Source: an uncultured Oscillospiraceae bacterium
Lineage (GTDB): Bacteria; Bacillota; Clostridia; Oscillospirales; Oscillospiraceae
Direction of reading: 5' to 3'
NCBI GenBank assembly: GCA_947624395.1
Contig: CANQKA010000001.1
Coordinates: forward strand, 16,446-80,445
Length of the DNA: 64,000 bases
Below the pieces are notes generated by a model that had not been told where the DNA came from, made no database searches, and saw nothing but the letters and a program-made list of their open reading frames with translations. A program made the position numbers and the translations under genes. Positions within the stretch are counted from its first letter, which is position 1; each line of letters starts with the position of its first letter. Shown here piece by piece: positions 17,044 to 25,719 of this stretch.

Positions 17044-19275
17044 GTGAGCGATATGGCAGACCAGGGATTTCGGCCCACGGCGTTGCTGGCGGGCTATTTG
17101 AAAGAGACGGACCCGGACAAGGCGGTGAAGCTGGCCCGGGAGCTGTGCGACCAGCTTGAGGGCGACCCGGACAGCTTTCACGGCGGCATATGGCCGGGCA
17201 ACGTGGACCTGAACGTGGACGGCAACGCCGTTCTGGGCGGGTCCAACCACACCCCGCCCAACCAGCGTCCGGCGGACCAGGTGGAGTATCTGGCGCCGGA
17301 GTATTTCTGGGACGGCGCCGGTTCCGCCGCGGCGGACGTGTATTCCGTGGCCCTGATGCTCTACGCCGGGTGCAACGGTGGGTATCTGCCCTTCCAGCCC
17401 AAGGGCGCGTTGACGGACAAACAGCGCTCGGACGCCCTGCGCCGGCGCATGAAGGGCGAGCCGATCACCGCGCCGGATGGCGTGAGCCCGGAGCTTAAAA
17501 AGATCATGGAAAAGGCCCTGGCCTACGAGCCGGAGGCCCGGTACATCACGGCCAAAGAGTTCCTCTCCGCCCTTGGCCGGACGGACGAGGCCCTGCCCGC
17601 CGCCGCGCCTGTGACCCACGAAGAGGCCAAACCGGCGGAGGAAGCGCCCGCCGAGGCCGCCAAGACCGAAGAGGCCAAGCCTGTGGAGGAAGCGCCCGTC
17701 GAGGCCGAAGAGGCCAAACCCGCGGACGAGCCCGCCCCTGAGAAGGCGCAGACCGCCGGGGGTGAAAAGGCGGTCGCCGCGGCAGCCGCAGCCACCGGAG
17801 CCGTGGCAGCAGCAGCCGCCAGCAAGGGCGGGAAAAAGCGTTCCAATAAGAAGCGCGCCGCCCAAAACCGGACCCAGGCGCAAAAGAAACCTGCCCCCAC
17901 CGAGGCCAAGCCCGCGGAAGATGCCAAGCCCGCCGCGGAAGAGGCCCCCAAGACCACGGAGGCCAAGCCTACGGATGAGACCCCCGCGAAGGCGGAGGAC
18001 AAGCCCGCGACGGAGGCAAAGGCAACCACCGCCAAGCAAACGGCCGCTCAGCCGCCCAAATACAGCGTCCAGAAGGACTTTGAAAAGACGCCCCGGACCC
18101 AGCAGCAGCGCAGCGCGGCCGTTCCCGCCGCCCAGCGGAAGAAAAAGCGCTCCAAGGCCGTGCCCATTTTGTGCGGCGTGGCCGCCGCGGTGCTCCTTGG
18201 CGGCGTGGGATACATGACCGGGCTTTTCGGCGGCAAGCCGGAATCCTCCGAGGTCTTCAACACCCCGGAGGCGGAGCCGCCCGCGCCCATCGTGGTCTCC
18301 CCCATCCCCAGCGCCACGCCGAAGCCCACCGCCACGCCTGCGCCCACCGGCACGCCCAGGCCGTCGCCCAGCGTCACGCCCCAGCCCACCCCGGGTGAGG
18401 ACGGGACCATCCCCGGTGAGGGGACCGCTGGCGGCGAGAACGGCTCCGTGACCATCGGCGGCGGCACAGGTACCGGCACCGGCACAGGAATTGGAACTGG
18501 CACTGGCACAGGCACGGGTACGGGCACAGGTACTGGCACCGGCGCAGGTACCGGCTGGGGTACAGGTACTGGAACAGGCACCGGCTGGGGCACTGGCACG
18601 GGTACCGGCACCAGCACTGGCACCGGCGCCGGGGCTGGCAACAGCGGCTACACGGTGAGCCCCGCCAGCGGCACGGTCTATCTGACCGGCAACGGCGTAC
18701 GGGTCCGCTCCGGTCCCGGCACGGGCTACGGCATCATCGGCGCGGTGAGCACCGGCGACAGCCTGACCCGCACCGGCACCGTGGCCAACGGCTGGACCCA
18801 GGTGAGCTACAACGGCGTCACCGGCTATGTGTACAGCCAGTATCTGACCGACAGCACCCCCGCCGCCACGGCGACCCCCGCTCCCACGCCGGAGACGCCG
18901 GCCACCGCGAAGACTTACGGGGCCGCCAAGTCCGGCACGACCTATGACGACGCCGTGACCGCCGCCGGGACCCTGGCCGTGATAAGCGGCGACGCGGACT
19001 TTGACGCCGCCACGGCGCAAATGAAGGAGCAGGGCCTGCAGTTTGCCTGGGTCGGCGTGGAATTTGACGGGACCCACTGGACATGGGCCGACGGCACCAC
19101 CCTGTCCACCACCGACGCCCACTGGGCCGCCGGCTACCCCATCGCGGGCCACGCCCACGTGATGGTCGCCATGACCGAGTCCGGCGCTTGGCGGTATATG
19201 TCCGTCCCCGCCGGTTTCGACCCGTCCGCGGACCCCAAATACGCCGACGTGTTCGGGTATATTACGGAAGAATAA
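17044..19275 (+). CDS. Membrane-spanning pseudokinase (kinase C-lobe only) with extracellular Thr-Gly repeat, SH3b domain and C-type-lectin-like domain
   Basis: A 743-aa ORF starting at GTG 17044, with an alternative ATG at 17053. HGGIWPGNV replaces the HRDLKPxN catalytic loop, LGG replaces DFG, APE is retained (YLAPEYF) and [10 protein letters not shown] is retained. There is no Gly-loop/VAIK N-lobe. The remainder is EEAKP-type low complexity, a TM helix ([17 protein letters not shown]), a TG repeat, SH3b ([11 protein letters not shown]...[20 protein letters not shown]) and a CTLD-like [18 protein letters not shown]. Confidence 0.8.
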   Translation: MSDMADQGFRPTALLAGYLKETDPDKAVKLARELCDQLEGDPDSFHGGIWPGNVDLNVDGNAVLGGSNHTPPNQRPADQVEYLAPEYFWDGAGSAAADVYSVALMLYAGCNGGYLPFQPKGALTDKQRSDALRRRMKGEPITAPDGVSPELKKIMEKALAYEPEARYITAKEFLSALGRTDEALPAAAPVTHEEAKPAEEAPAEAAKTEEAKPVEEAPVEAEEAKPADEPAPEKAQTAGGEKAVAAAAAATGAVAAAAASKGGKKRSNKKRAAQNRTQAQKKPAPTEAKPAEDAKPAAEEAPKTTEAKPTDETPAKAEDKPATEAKATTAKQTAAQPPKYSVQKDFEKTPRTQQQRSAAVPAAQRKKKRSKAVPILCGVAAAVLLGGVGYMTGLFGGKPESSEVFNTPEAEPPAPIVVSPIPSATPKPTATPAPTGTPRPSPSVTPQPTPGEDGTIPGEGTAGGENGSVTIGGGTGTGTGTGIGTGTGTGTGTGTGTGTGAGTGWGTGTGTGTGWGTGTGTGTSTGTGAGAGNSGYTVSPASGTVYLTGNGVRVRSGPGTGYGIIGAVSTGDSLTRTGTVANGWTQVSYNGVTGYVYSQYLTDSTPAATATPAPTPETPATAKTYGAAKSGTTYDDAVTAAGTLAVISGDADFDAATAQMKEQGLQFAWVGVEFDGTHWTWADGTTLSTTDAHWAAGYPIAGHAHVMVAMTESGAWRYMSVPAGFDPSADPKYADVFGYITEE
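18466..18639 (+). repeat. In-frame hexanucleotide (ACN-GGN) repeat encoding about 29 X-Gly dipeptides, mostly Thr-Gly
   Basis: Encodes [59 protein letters not shown]. The DNA is an imperfect ggtaccggcacN repeat. Confidence 0.85.
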
Positions 19276-19293
19276 ATTCAACACTTCCACTTT

Positions 19294-19415
19294 GAAAGCC
19301 CCCCTTGTCAAAGGGGGGGTGGGCCGCCGAATGGCGGCTCGGGGGGATTGCTGTTGGACGAAGGACAATCCCCCAGTCATGCTGACGCATGACAGCCCCC
19401 TTTCACAAGGGGGCC
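19294..19415. repeat. Repeat family A (copy A2), five consecutive hairpins between convergent genes
   Basis: Reads gaaagcc-cccccttgtcaaaggggggg-tgg-gccgccgaatggcggc-tc-gggggattg..caatccccc-a-gtcatgctgacgcatgac-ag-ccccctttcacaaggggg. The 5' half matches 6884-6940 and the 3' half matches 22085-22136. Confidence 0.75.
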
Positions 19416-19456
19416 ATCCATAATGAAGGGCGCGGCTTTTGCCGCGCCCATAAACT

Positions 19457-21304
19457 TTATTTCGTGTATTTCAAACTGTTGCTCGCCTTATATGGCCCCA
19501 ACAACGTCTTTTTATCGTTCTCGCAACACCGGACCGTGAACGCATATGTCGCGCCGTTTTTCAGATACTTGGCAGCTCTGGTGTACGTCGTGGCCGTGGT
19601 CGTCCCGATCTTGACCCACCCGCCGCTGTTCTCCTTATAGTACACCATGTACCGGGGCGAACCGGCGATCTTGTTCCAACTGACCTTGATACCGCCGGAT
19701 ACTTTCGCGATCTTCACCGTGGGCGCGGCAAGCTGGGCGGTGGCGGTATATTTCAGGCTGCTGCTGGCCTTGTACGGTCCAAGCACGGTCTTCTTATCGT
19801 TGGCGCAGCACCGGACGGTAAACGCATACGTCGCGCCATTTTTCAAGTACTTCGCGGCTCTGGTGTAGCTCGTTGCGGTGGTAGTCCCTATCTTTGTCCA
19901 CCCGCCGCTATTCTCCTTATAGTACACCATGTACCGCGGCGCGCCGTCTATCTTGTTCCACGTGACCTTGATACCGTCGGCCACCTTGCTGATGGTGACC
20001 GTGGGCGCTGCCAGCTGGGCAGTGGCGCCGTATGTGACGCTGTTGCTGGCGGCATACGGCCCGAGCAGCGTCATTTTATCGTCGGCGCAGCACCGGACCG
20101 TGAACTGGTAGGTCGCGCCGCTCTTCAAATTGGCGGCCTTGCGGGTGTAGCTTGTGGCGGTCGTGGTCCCTATCTGCTTCCAGCCGCTGTTATTCTCTTT
20201 GTAATACACCATGTATCGCGGCGAACCGGCGATCTCGTTCCACGTGACCTGGATGCCGTCAGATACCTGCGCGATGGTCACCGCCGGCGCGGCCAGCTCC
20301 GGAACAGGGGTGGCGGTGGGTTCGGGCGTGGGCGTGGCGGCCGTCAGATAATCGGTGGCGCTCATGGGGTACAGGGCGTAAAACGCGTCGCTGCTCTCCG
20401 GGGGGATACGCATATGCTCCTCGTTCCGTTCAAACGTCTTGTCGCACTGAAGGAAGAACTGCCGCCCGTCGGGGTAGTGAGCGTCCCAGGTGGCGTCCAC
20501 GTTGTAGTAAACGCCGCCCAGCTTCACGATGTTCCAGCCGTGGTACAGGTTGGTGATGACGCGATTGTCGATACCGGCCGTCAGGAGCATGCGGTATAAC
20601 AGGGTTATGAAACCCTGGCACACCGCCGTGCCGTCGTGCAGGGCCGCATAAGCGGTATACATGGGCTGGTAGTCGTCGGGGTGTACGTTGTCGTAGACCA
20701 CGTTATCGCACACGTAATCGTAGATGACCCGTATCTTGTCGTAATCGCTCATGTTCCACACGCCCAGGCCGTTCAGCACTTCCGCGATCTTCCCCTCCAT
20801 CCATGCCTCCTGCTCGGCTGTGGTGTAATACGTCGGCTGGAAGAGGATCAGATTCGAGGAAGCGGTGACGTTCCAGCCGCCCAGGGCATGCAGAAAGAGA
20901 TAATCGCCCTCGTTGGGCTTGCCGGTATGGGCCATAGCGGCGGCGTTAAGCGCCTGGGCGTCAGCGCTGGTCATATGGGTGGGGAACTCGATCCAGAACT
21001 CCGCCACCCGGTCCACCATTTGCTGGCGGATAATGGGGACAGCCTCGTCCCGGCTGGACACCTTATATGTCGGCGGTTCCTCGGGCGGCTCCAGTTCGAT
21101 GGGCGGCTGGTCGTCAACGGCTTCCGGCTCCGCCGTGGGCTCGACCGGCTCTTCTGTGACCACCGGCTCTTCTGTGACCACCGGTTCTTCCGTCACCACC
21201 GGCTCTTCCGTGACTTCCACCGGTTCTTCCTCTGCGAAGGCCGGCGCGCTCAAAGAGAAGAGCGCCGCCACCGCCAGGAGCAAACACAAGCTGCGCTTTG
21301 CCAT
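19457..21304 (-). CDS. Secreted transglutaminase-like cysteine protease-fold protein with three C-terminal Fn3-like repeats
   Basis: A 615-aa ORF. Signal peptide MAKRSLCLLLAVAALFSLSAPAFA, TEEPVV repeats, a Cys-His-Asp core (AVCQGFITLLYRML...YHGWNIV...NVDATWD), then three 90-94-aa repeats. Confidence 0.8.
   Translation of the reverse strand: MAKRSLCLLLAVAALFSLSAPAFAEEEPVEVTEEPVVTEEPVVTEEPVVTEEPVEPTAEPEAVDDQPPIELEPPEEPPTYKVSSRDEAVPIIRQQMVDRVAEFWIEFPTHMTSADAQALNAAAMAHTGKPNEGDYLFLHALGGWNVTASSNLILFQPTYYTTAEQEAWMEGKIAEVLNGLGVWNMSDYDKIRVIYDYVCDNVVYDNVHPDDYQPMYTAYAALHDGTAVCQGFITLLYRMLLTAGIDNRVITNLYHGWNIVKLGGVYYNVDATWDAHYPDGRQFFLQCDKTFERNEEHMRIPPESSDAFYALYPMSATDYLTAATPTPEPTATPVPELAAPAVTIAQVSDGIQVTWNEIAGSPRYMVYYKENNSGWKQIGTTTATSYTRKAANLKSGATYQFTVRCCADDKMTLLGPYAASNSVTYGATAQLAAPTVTISKVADGIKVTWNKIDGAPRYMVYYKENSGGWTKIGTTTATSYTRAAKYLKNGATYAFTVRCCANDKKTVLGPYKASSSLKYTATAQLAAPTVKIAKVSGGIKVSWNKIAGSPRYMVYYKENSGGWVKIGTTTATTYTRAAKYLKNGATYAFTVRCCENDKKTLLGPYKASNSLKYTK
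19460..20293 (-). repeat. Three tandem coding repeats of about 282 bp (Fn3-like modules)
   Basis: The repeat protein units are AAP(A/T)V(T/K)I..V..GI.V.WN.I.G.PRYMVYYKEN.(S/G)GW..IGTTTAT.YTR.A..LK.GATY.FTVRCC..DK.T.LGPY.AS.S..Y. Unit boundaries are 19460-19729, 19730-20011 and 20012-20293. Confidence 0.85.
21143..21232 (-). repeat. 18-bp tandem coding repeat (TEEPVV units)
   Basis: The unit caccggctcttctgtgac is repeated about 5 times with small variations. It encodes EEPVEVTEEPVVTEEPVVTEEPVVTEEPVEP. Confidence 0.7.
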
Positions 21305-21324
21305 GGTATGTGCCTCCCTTTCTT

Positions 21325-21550
21325 GCTATAATAGCCGCAAGCGGCTATTATATTTGATTTAAGGCGGTTTTGCTCCCGGCTGACGCCGGAACCGCAAAAC
21401 ATGCCTCAATATAGCATCCCGCCTCCGGCGCTATGCTATAATAGCCGCAAGCGGCTATTATATTTGATTTAAGGCGGTTTTGCTCCCGGCTGACGCCGGA
21501 ACCGCAAAACATGCCTCAATATAGCATCCCGCCTCCGGCGCTATGCTATA
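21325..21550. repeat. Repeat family B (copy B2): perfect tandem duplication of a 110-bp unit plus a partial third start
   Basis: 21325-21434 and 21435-21544 read identically by eye, and 21545 restarts with gctata. Each unit holds the tataatagccgc/gcggctattata hairpin, the gttttgc/gcaaaac hairpin and a TGcTATAAT box. Confidence 0.85.
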
Positions 21551-21594
21551 TTGAGGCCATTATAATGTGCACAGGCAGGCAATGCAAATATTTT

Positions 21595-21623
21595 TTGACA
21601 AAGCGCTCATTCTATGATATAGT
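21595..21623 (+). promoter_or_regulatory. rpsO promoter, TTGACA-17 nt-TATAGT with extended -10 (TGa)
   Basis: Reads TTGACAaagcgctcattctaTGaTATAGT, about 100 nt upstream of rpsO. Confidence 0.65.
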
Positions 21624-21721
21624 ACCAGAGCTTGGAAGCCCGCGAGCTTAGTTTGGGGCGCCGCCCCTTACCCAGCCGTTGGGTCTAGCAAATCTCAAAT
21701 TCAGAAAGGGCATCTATCACC

Positions 21722-21988
21722 ATGATCACTAAGGAACAGAAAACCAACATCATCGAGGCCAACAAGACCCATGAGGGCGACACCGGTTCGCCGGAGGTCC
21801 AGATCGCCATCCTCACCGAGCGCATCAACCAGCTCACCGAGCACCTGAAGGTGCACAAGAAGGACAATCACAGCCGCATGGGCCTGTTCAAGATGATCGG
21901 CAAGCGCCGCCGTCTGCTGGACTACGTGGCCAAGAACGACATCGAGCGCTACCGCGCCATCATCGCCAAGCTGGGCATCCGTAAGTAA
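21722..21988 (+). CDS. rpsO: 30S ribosomal protein S15
   Basis: An 88-aa [51 protein letters not shown] is canonical S15. Confidence 0.95.
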   Translation: MITKEQKTNIIEANKTHEGDTGSPEVQIAILTERINQLTEHLKVHKKDNHSRMGLFKMIGKRRRLLDYVAKNDIERYRAIIAKLGIRK

Positions 21989-22022
21989 GGTCATCTTACA
22001 CTGAGGGGTATGAAGGTTTTTT

Positions 22023-22053
22023 CAGGAGGGACAAGTGCATACTGTCCCTCCTG
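22023..22053 (+). terminator. Stem-loop after rpsO (terminator or attenuator ahead of pnp)
   Basis: Reads CAGGAGGGACA-agtgcatac-TGTCCCTCCTG followed by ATTTCGTTT. Confidence 0.55.
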
Positions 22054-22084
22054 ATTTCGTTTGCATGCAAGCATGCAAACGAGA

Positions 22085-22136
22085 CAATCCCCCAGTCAGC
22101 GCAAAGCGCTGACAGCCCCCTTTACACAAGGGGGCC
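22085..22136. repeat. Repeat family A (copy A3, 3' half only) in the pnp leader
   Basis: Reads caatccccc-a-gtcagcgcaaagcgctgac-ag-ccccctttacacaaggggg-cc. It is collinear with 19365-19415 but has a different, still self-complementary, middle stem. Confidence 0.7.
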
Positions 22137-22210
22137 TTTGAAAAAGGAAAGTTACCCGCTGGGGCGGGTTTCCCGGATAGAATTTGGATGTGTACGAAAG
22201 GAAGAAGAAA

Positions 22211-24358
22211 ATGATCATCAACCACAAGACATTCGACAACCTCCACCGCTGGGAGATGGACTTCTGCGGCCGGCCTCTGAAGATGGAGGTAGGCCGTATG
22301 GCGGAACTGTGCAACGCCGCCGTGCTGGTCCAGTACGGCCAGACCACGGTCCTGTGCACCGCCACTGCCTCTCCCCGGCCCAAGGACGGCATCGACTACT
22401 TCCCTCTGGCTGTGGACTTCAACGAGAAGCTCTACGCCGTGGGCCGTATTCCCGGCTCCTTCATGCGCCGTGAGGGCCGTCCCTCCCTGCCCGCCGTGCT
22501 GGCAAGCCGCCTGATCGACCGGCCCATGCGGCCTCTGTTTCCCTCCGACCTGCGCAACGACGTGGTGATAGCCTGCGAAGTGCTGAACGTGGACCGGGAC
22601 TGCTCTCCCGAGATCACCGCCATGATCGGCGCGGCCGCGGCCGTGTCCATCTCCGACATTCCCTTCAACGGCCCCATCGCCGGCATCGTGCTGGGCTGGG
22701 ACGGCGAAAAGTACCTCTTCAACCCCACCCACGCCGAGAAAGAGACGAACCAGATGACCGTCACCGTGGCGGCCACCCACAAGAAGATCGTCATGATCGA
22801 GGCCGAGGCCAGGGAAATTCCTGACGATATCATGTACGAGGGCATCGTCCAGGCTCACGAAAAGCTCCAGGGCGTGCTGGACCTGATCGACCAGATGGTG
22901 GCCGAGGTGGGCAAGCCCAAGTTTGAGTATGAGCACGCGGCGTTCGACCAGGAGCTGTTCGACACCCTGGTGGCCAACGAGTTCGAGGGCATGGAGCACT
23001 GCATGGACACCGATGACAAGAACGTGCGGGAGGCCCGGGTCAACGAGTGGGTCACCGCCATGCAGGAAAAGTACGGCGAAGAGCATCCCGACATGATGCA
23101 GTACATGGACGAGATACTCTACAAGCTGCAAAAGAAGGTCGTGAAGAAGTGGCTGCTGGCCGGCAAGCGTGTGGACGGCCGTGCCATGAACGAGATACGG
23201 CCTCTGGACAGCCAGGTGGACGTGATACCCGGCGTGCACGGTTCGGCCCTGTTCACCCGTGGTCAGACCCAGGTGCTGTCCATCACCACCCTGAACACCC
23301 TCTCCGCCTCCCAGAAGCTGGACACCATTTGGGAGGAGACCGAGAAGCGGTTCATGCACCACTACAACATGCCCAGCTATTCCACCGGCGAGGCCCGCGC
23401 CAGCCGGTCTACCTCCCGCCGCGAGTACGGCCACGGCGCGCTGGTGGAAAAGGCCCTGGAGGCCGTGATACCCTCCGTTGACGAGTTCCCCTACGCCATC
23501 CGCGTGGTCAGCGAGGTCCTCTCCTCCAACGGCTCTACCTCCCAGGGCTCCATCTGCGGCACCACCCTGAGCCTGATGGCCGCCGGCGTGCCCATCAAGG
23601 CCCCCGTGGCCGGCATCAGCTGCGGCCTTATCCAGGACGGCGACGACTTCACCACCTTCATCGACATCCAGGGCGTGGAGGACTTCCACGGCGAGATGGA
23701 CTTCAAGGTGGCCGGCACCAAGAAGGGCATCACCGCCATCCAGATGGACCTGAAAAACGACGGCCTGAAGCATGAGATCGTGAAGAAGGCCTTTGAGATG
23801 ACCCACGAGGCCCGTTTGCAGATCCTGGACGAGATCATGCTGCCCGTTATTTCCGAGCCGCGCCATGAGCTGGCCGCCACCGCCCCCAAGATGATAAAGA
23901 TGACCATCGACCCGGACAAGATCCGGGAAGTGATAGGCTCCGGCGGCAAGGTGATACAGAAGATCACCGCCGACACCGGCTGCAAGATCGACATCGAGGA
24001 CGACGGCACCATCTACATCGCCTCCGAGGACATCGAGGCATGCCGTGCCGCCAAGAAGACCATCGACAACATCGTCTTCGTGCCCGAGGTTGGCCAGCTT
24101 TACTACGGCAAGTGCGTGCGCATCATCCCCATCGGCGCGTTCATCGAGCTTGTCCCCGGCAAGGACGGCATGGTCCACATCAAGGACCTGGAATTCAAGC
24201 GCACCGAGAAGGTGGAGGACGTGCTGAATGTGGGCGACTGGACCTGGGTCAAGGTCAGCGAGATCGACGACCGTGGCCGGGTGAACCTGAGCCGCAAGGA
24301 CGCCATCAAGGAGCGCCAGCAGGCCGGCCTGCCCATCGACGGCCCCGACCCGGAATAA
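22211..24358 (+). CDS. pnp: Polyribonucleotide nucleotidyltransferase (PNPase)
   Basis: The track ORF starts at 22184. ATG 22211 (MIINHKTFDN...) is preferred because AAAGGAAG lies just upstream. The protein has two RNase PH domains plus KH and S1 (GKCVRIIPIGAFIELVPGKDGMVHI). Confidence 0.95.
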   Translation: MIINHKTFDNLHRWEMDFCGRPLKMEVGRMAELCNAAVLVQYGQTTVLCTATASPRPKDGIDYFPLAVDFNEKLYAVGRIPGSFMRREGRPSLPAVLASRLIDRPMRPLFPSDLRNDVVIACEVLNVDRDCSPEITAMIGAAAAVSISDIPFNGPIAGIVLGWDGEKYLFNPTHAEKETNQMTVTVAATHKKIVMIEAEAREIPDDIMYEGIVQAHEKLQGVLDLIDQMVAEVGKPKFEYEHAAFDQELFDTLVANEFEGMEHCMDTDDKNVREARVNEWVTAMQEKYGEEHPDMMQYMDEILYKLQKKVVKKWLLAGKRVDGRAMNEIRPLDSQVDVIPGVHGSALFTRGQTQVLSITTLNTLSASQKLDTIWEETEKRFMHHYNMPSYSTGEARASRSTSRREYGHGALVEKALEAVIPSVDEFPYAIRVVSEVLSSNGSTSQGSICGTTLSLMAAGVPIKAPVAGISCGLIQDGDDFTTFIDIQGVEDFHGEMDFKVAGTKKGITAIQMDLKNDGLKHEIVKKAFEMTHEARLQILDEIMLPVISEPRHELAATAPKMIKMTIDPDKIREVIGSGGKVIQKITADTGCKIDIEDDGTIYIASEDIEACRAAKKTIDNIVFVPEVGQLYYGKCVRIIPIGAFIELVPGKDGMVHIKDLEFKRTEKVEDVLNVGDWTWVKVSEIDDRGRVNLSRKDAIKERQQAGLPIDGPDPE

Positions 24359-24372
24359 GCTCAACAAACCAA

Positions 24373-24405
24373 AGCGCAGACCTCGCCAGGTCTGCGCTTT
24401 TCGTT
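24373..24405 (+). terminator. Intrinsic terminator of pnp
   Basis: Reads GCGCAGACC-tcgcca-GGTCTGCGC followed by TTTTCGTT. Confidence 0.8.
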
Positions 24406-24461
24406 GTGTTGACGCCCGTGGTGTGTTATACTTTACCTGAATATGACCGAGGGAGGCAGCC

Positions 24462-25490
24462 ATGATCCGATTCAACAACGACTACAGCCGGGGCGCGCAC
24501 CCCGCCGTGTTAAAGGCACTGGCCGAGACCAACGCCGTAAGCTACGGAGGCTACGGCATCGACCCCTGGTGTGAGAAGGCCGCCGACGAGATCAAAAAGC
24601 ATCTGGATAAGCCGGACGCGGCGGTACACTTTCTGGTGGGCGGCACCCAGACCAATATGATCGCCATCGCCGCGTGTCTGCTGCCCTTCCAGTCCGCCGT
24701 CAGCGCCGAGACCGGCCATATCCACGCCCACGAGACCGGCGCGCTGGAACACGGAGGCCACAAGATACTGACCCTCCCCGCGAAAGATGGCAAGCTGGAC
24801 GCCGGCCAAATCGAGGCCGTGGCCGAGCAGTACAGGTCCAGCCCCATTCAGGAGCACATCACCCAGCCCCGGCTGGTGTACCTCTCCTTCCCCACCGAGT
24901 ACGGCACGGTGTATTCCCTGACGGAGCTCAAGCGCATCCGCGCCGTGTGCGACAAATACGGCATGGTGCTGTTCGTGGACGGGGCGCGGATGGGCTACGG
25001 CCTGGCCGCCTCGGATGTGACGCTGCGGGATATGGCCCGGCTGGCGGACATGTTCTCCATCGGCGGGACCAAGTGCGGGGCGCTGTTCGGCGAGGCGCTG
25101 GTCATCACTGACCCGGCCCTCAAGCCCAACTTCCGCAGCTATATCAAGCAAAACGGCGCCATGCTGGCCAAGGGCTGGCTGCTGGGGGTGCAGTTTCACG
25201 CGCTGTTTGAAAACGGGCTCTATTTCGACATCTGCCGCCGGGCCGTGGACCAGGCGATGCAAATTCGCGCCGCCTTTGAGGCCAGGGGCATACCCGTCTA
25301 TGTGCCCAGCCCCACCAATCAGCAGTTCGTGGTCCTGGACCACGGCCAGATCGAGGCGCTGGAGAAAAAGTACGTCTTCGAGCCGGACCACCACGTGGAC
25401 AAAACCCACATGTGCGTGCGCTTCTGCACCAGCTGGCATACCTCGGACGAGGATATCGCCGCCCTGACGGCGGACATCCAAAATCTGTAG
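24462..25490 (+). CDS. PLP-dependent low-specificity threonine aldolase / beta-eliminating lyase family protein
   Basis: A 342-aa ORF. MIRFNNDYSRGAHPAVL...VGGTQTN...FVDGARM...SIGGTKCG contains the PLP lysine. Confidence 0.8.
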   Translation: MIRFNNDYSRGAHPAVLKALAETNAVSYGGYGIDPWCEKAADEIKKHLDKPDAAVHFLVGGTQTNMIAIAACLLPFQSAVSAETGHIHAHETGALEHGGHKILTLPAKDGKLDAGQIEAVAEQYRSSPIQEHITQPRLVYLSFPTEYGTVYSLTELKRIRAVCDKYGMVLFVDGARMGYGLAASDVTLRDMARLADMFSIGGTKCGALFGEALVITDPALKPNFRSYIKQNGAMLAKGWLLGVQFHALFENGLYFDICRRAVDQAMQIRAAFEARGIPVYVPSPTNQQFVVLDHGQIEALEKKYVFEPDHHVDKTHMCVRFCTSWHTSDEDIAALTADIQNL

Positions 25491-25519
25491 TTGCATTTTC
25501 CGTTTTAACGTGCTATAGT
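25491..25519 (+). promoter_or_regulatory. Promoter of the FMN riboswitch/ribU unit, TTGCAT-17 nt-TATAGT with TGc extension
   Basis: Reads TTGCATtttccgttttaacgTGcTATAGT. Confidence 0.55.
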
Positions 25520-25540
25520 AAGCGTTGACAACCGAACAAG

Positions 25541-25660
25541 CGAACGATGTCTTCAGGGCAGGGTGCAATTCCCGATCGGCGGTACAGTCCGCGAGCGAAA
25601 GCAGATCCGGTGGAACTCCGGGACCGACAGTATAGTCTGGATGGAAGAAGATGTGTTGAG
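25541..25660 (+). promoter_or_regulatory. FMN riboswitch (RFN element) aptamer
   Basis: Reads gtcttcAGGGCAGGGTGcAATTCCCGAtCGGCGGTacAGTCCGCGAGCgaaagcaGATCCGGTGgAAcTCCGGgaCCGACAGTATAGTCTGGATGGaAGAAGat. This matches the conserved RFN core from memory, and the downstream gene is a RibU-type transporter. Confidence 0.9.
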
Positions 25661-25719
25661 CGGCGCCGTTATGGCGGCGGGCGTTTGAACGCCCCGCCCC
25701 ATGGACGCGGCCCGATATG

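Noticed and set aside
18466-18639. The GGTACNGGCAC microsatellite considered as a non-coding or CRISPR-like repeat.
   Set aside because: It is in frame within a long ORF that has recognisable domains on both sides. It is a coding Thr-Gly repeat.
21325-21550. Possible CRISPR array, because of the direct repeats.
   Set aside because: There are only two identical 110-bp units in direct contact with no spacers, and the unit length is far above CRISPR repeat size. No cas genes are in the window.
24404-24432. A promoter for the threonine-aldolase-like gene (TTGACG or TTGTGT with TGtTATACT).
   Set aside because: The good -35 (TTGACG) is only 12 nt from the -10. The alternative -35 (TTGTGT) is weak. 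This is too ambiguous to list as a feature.
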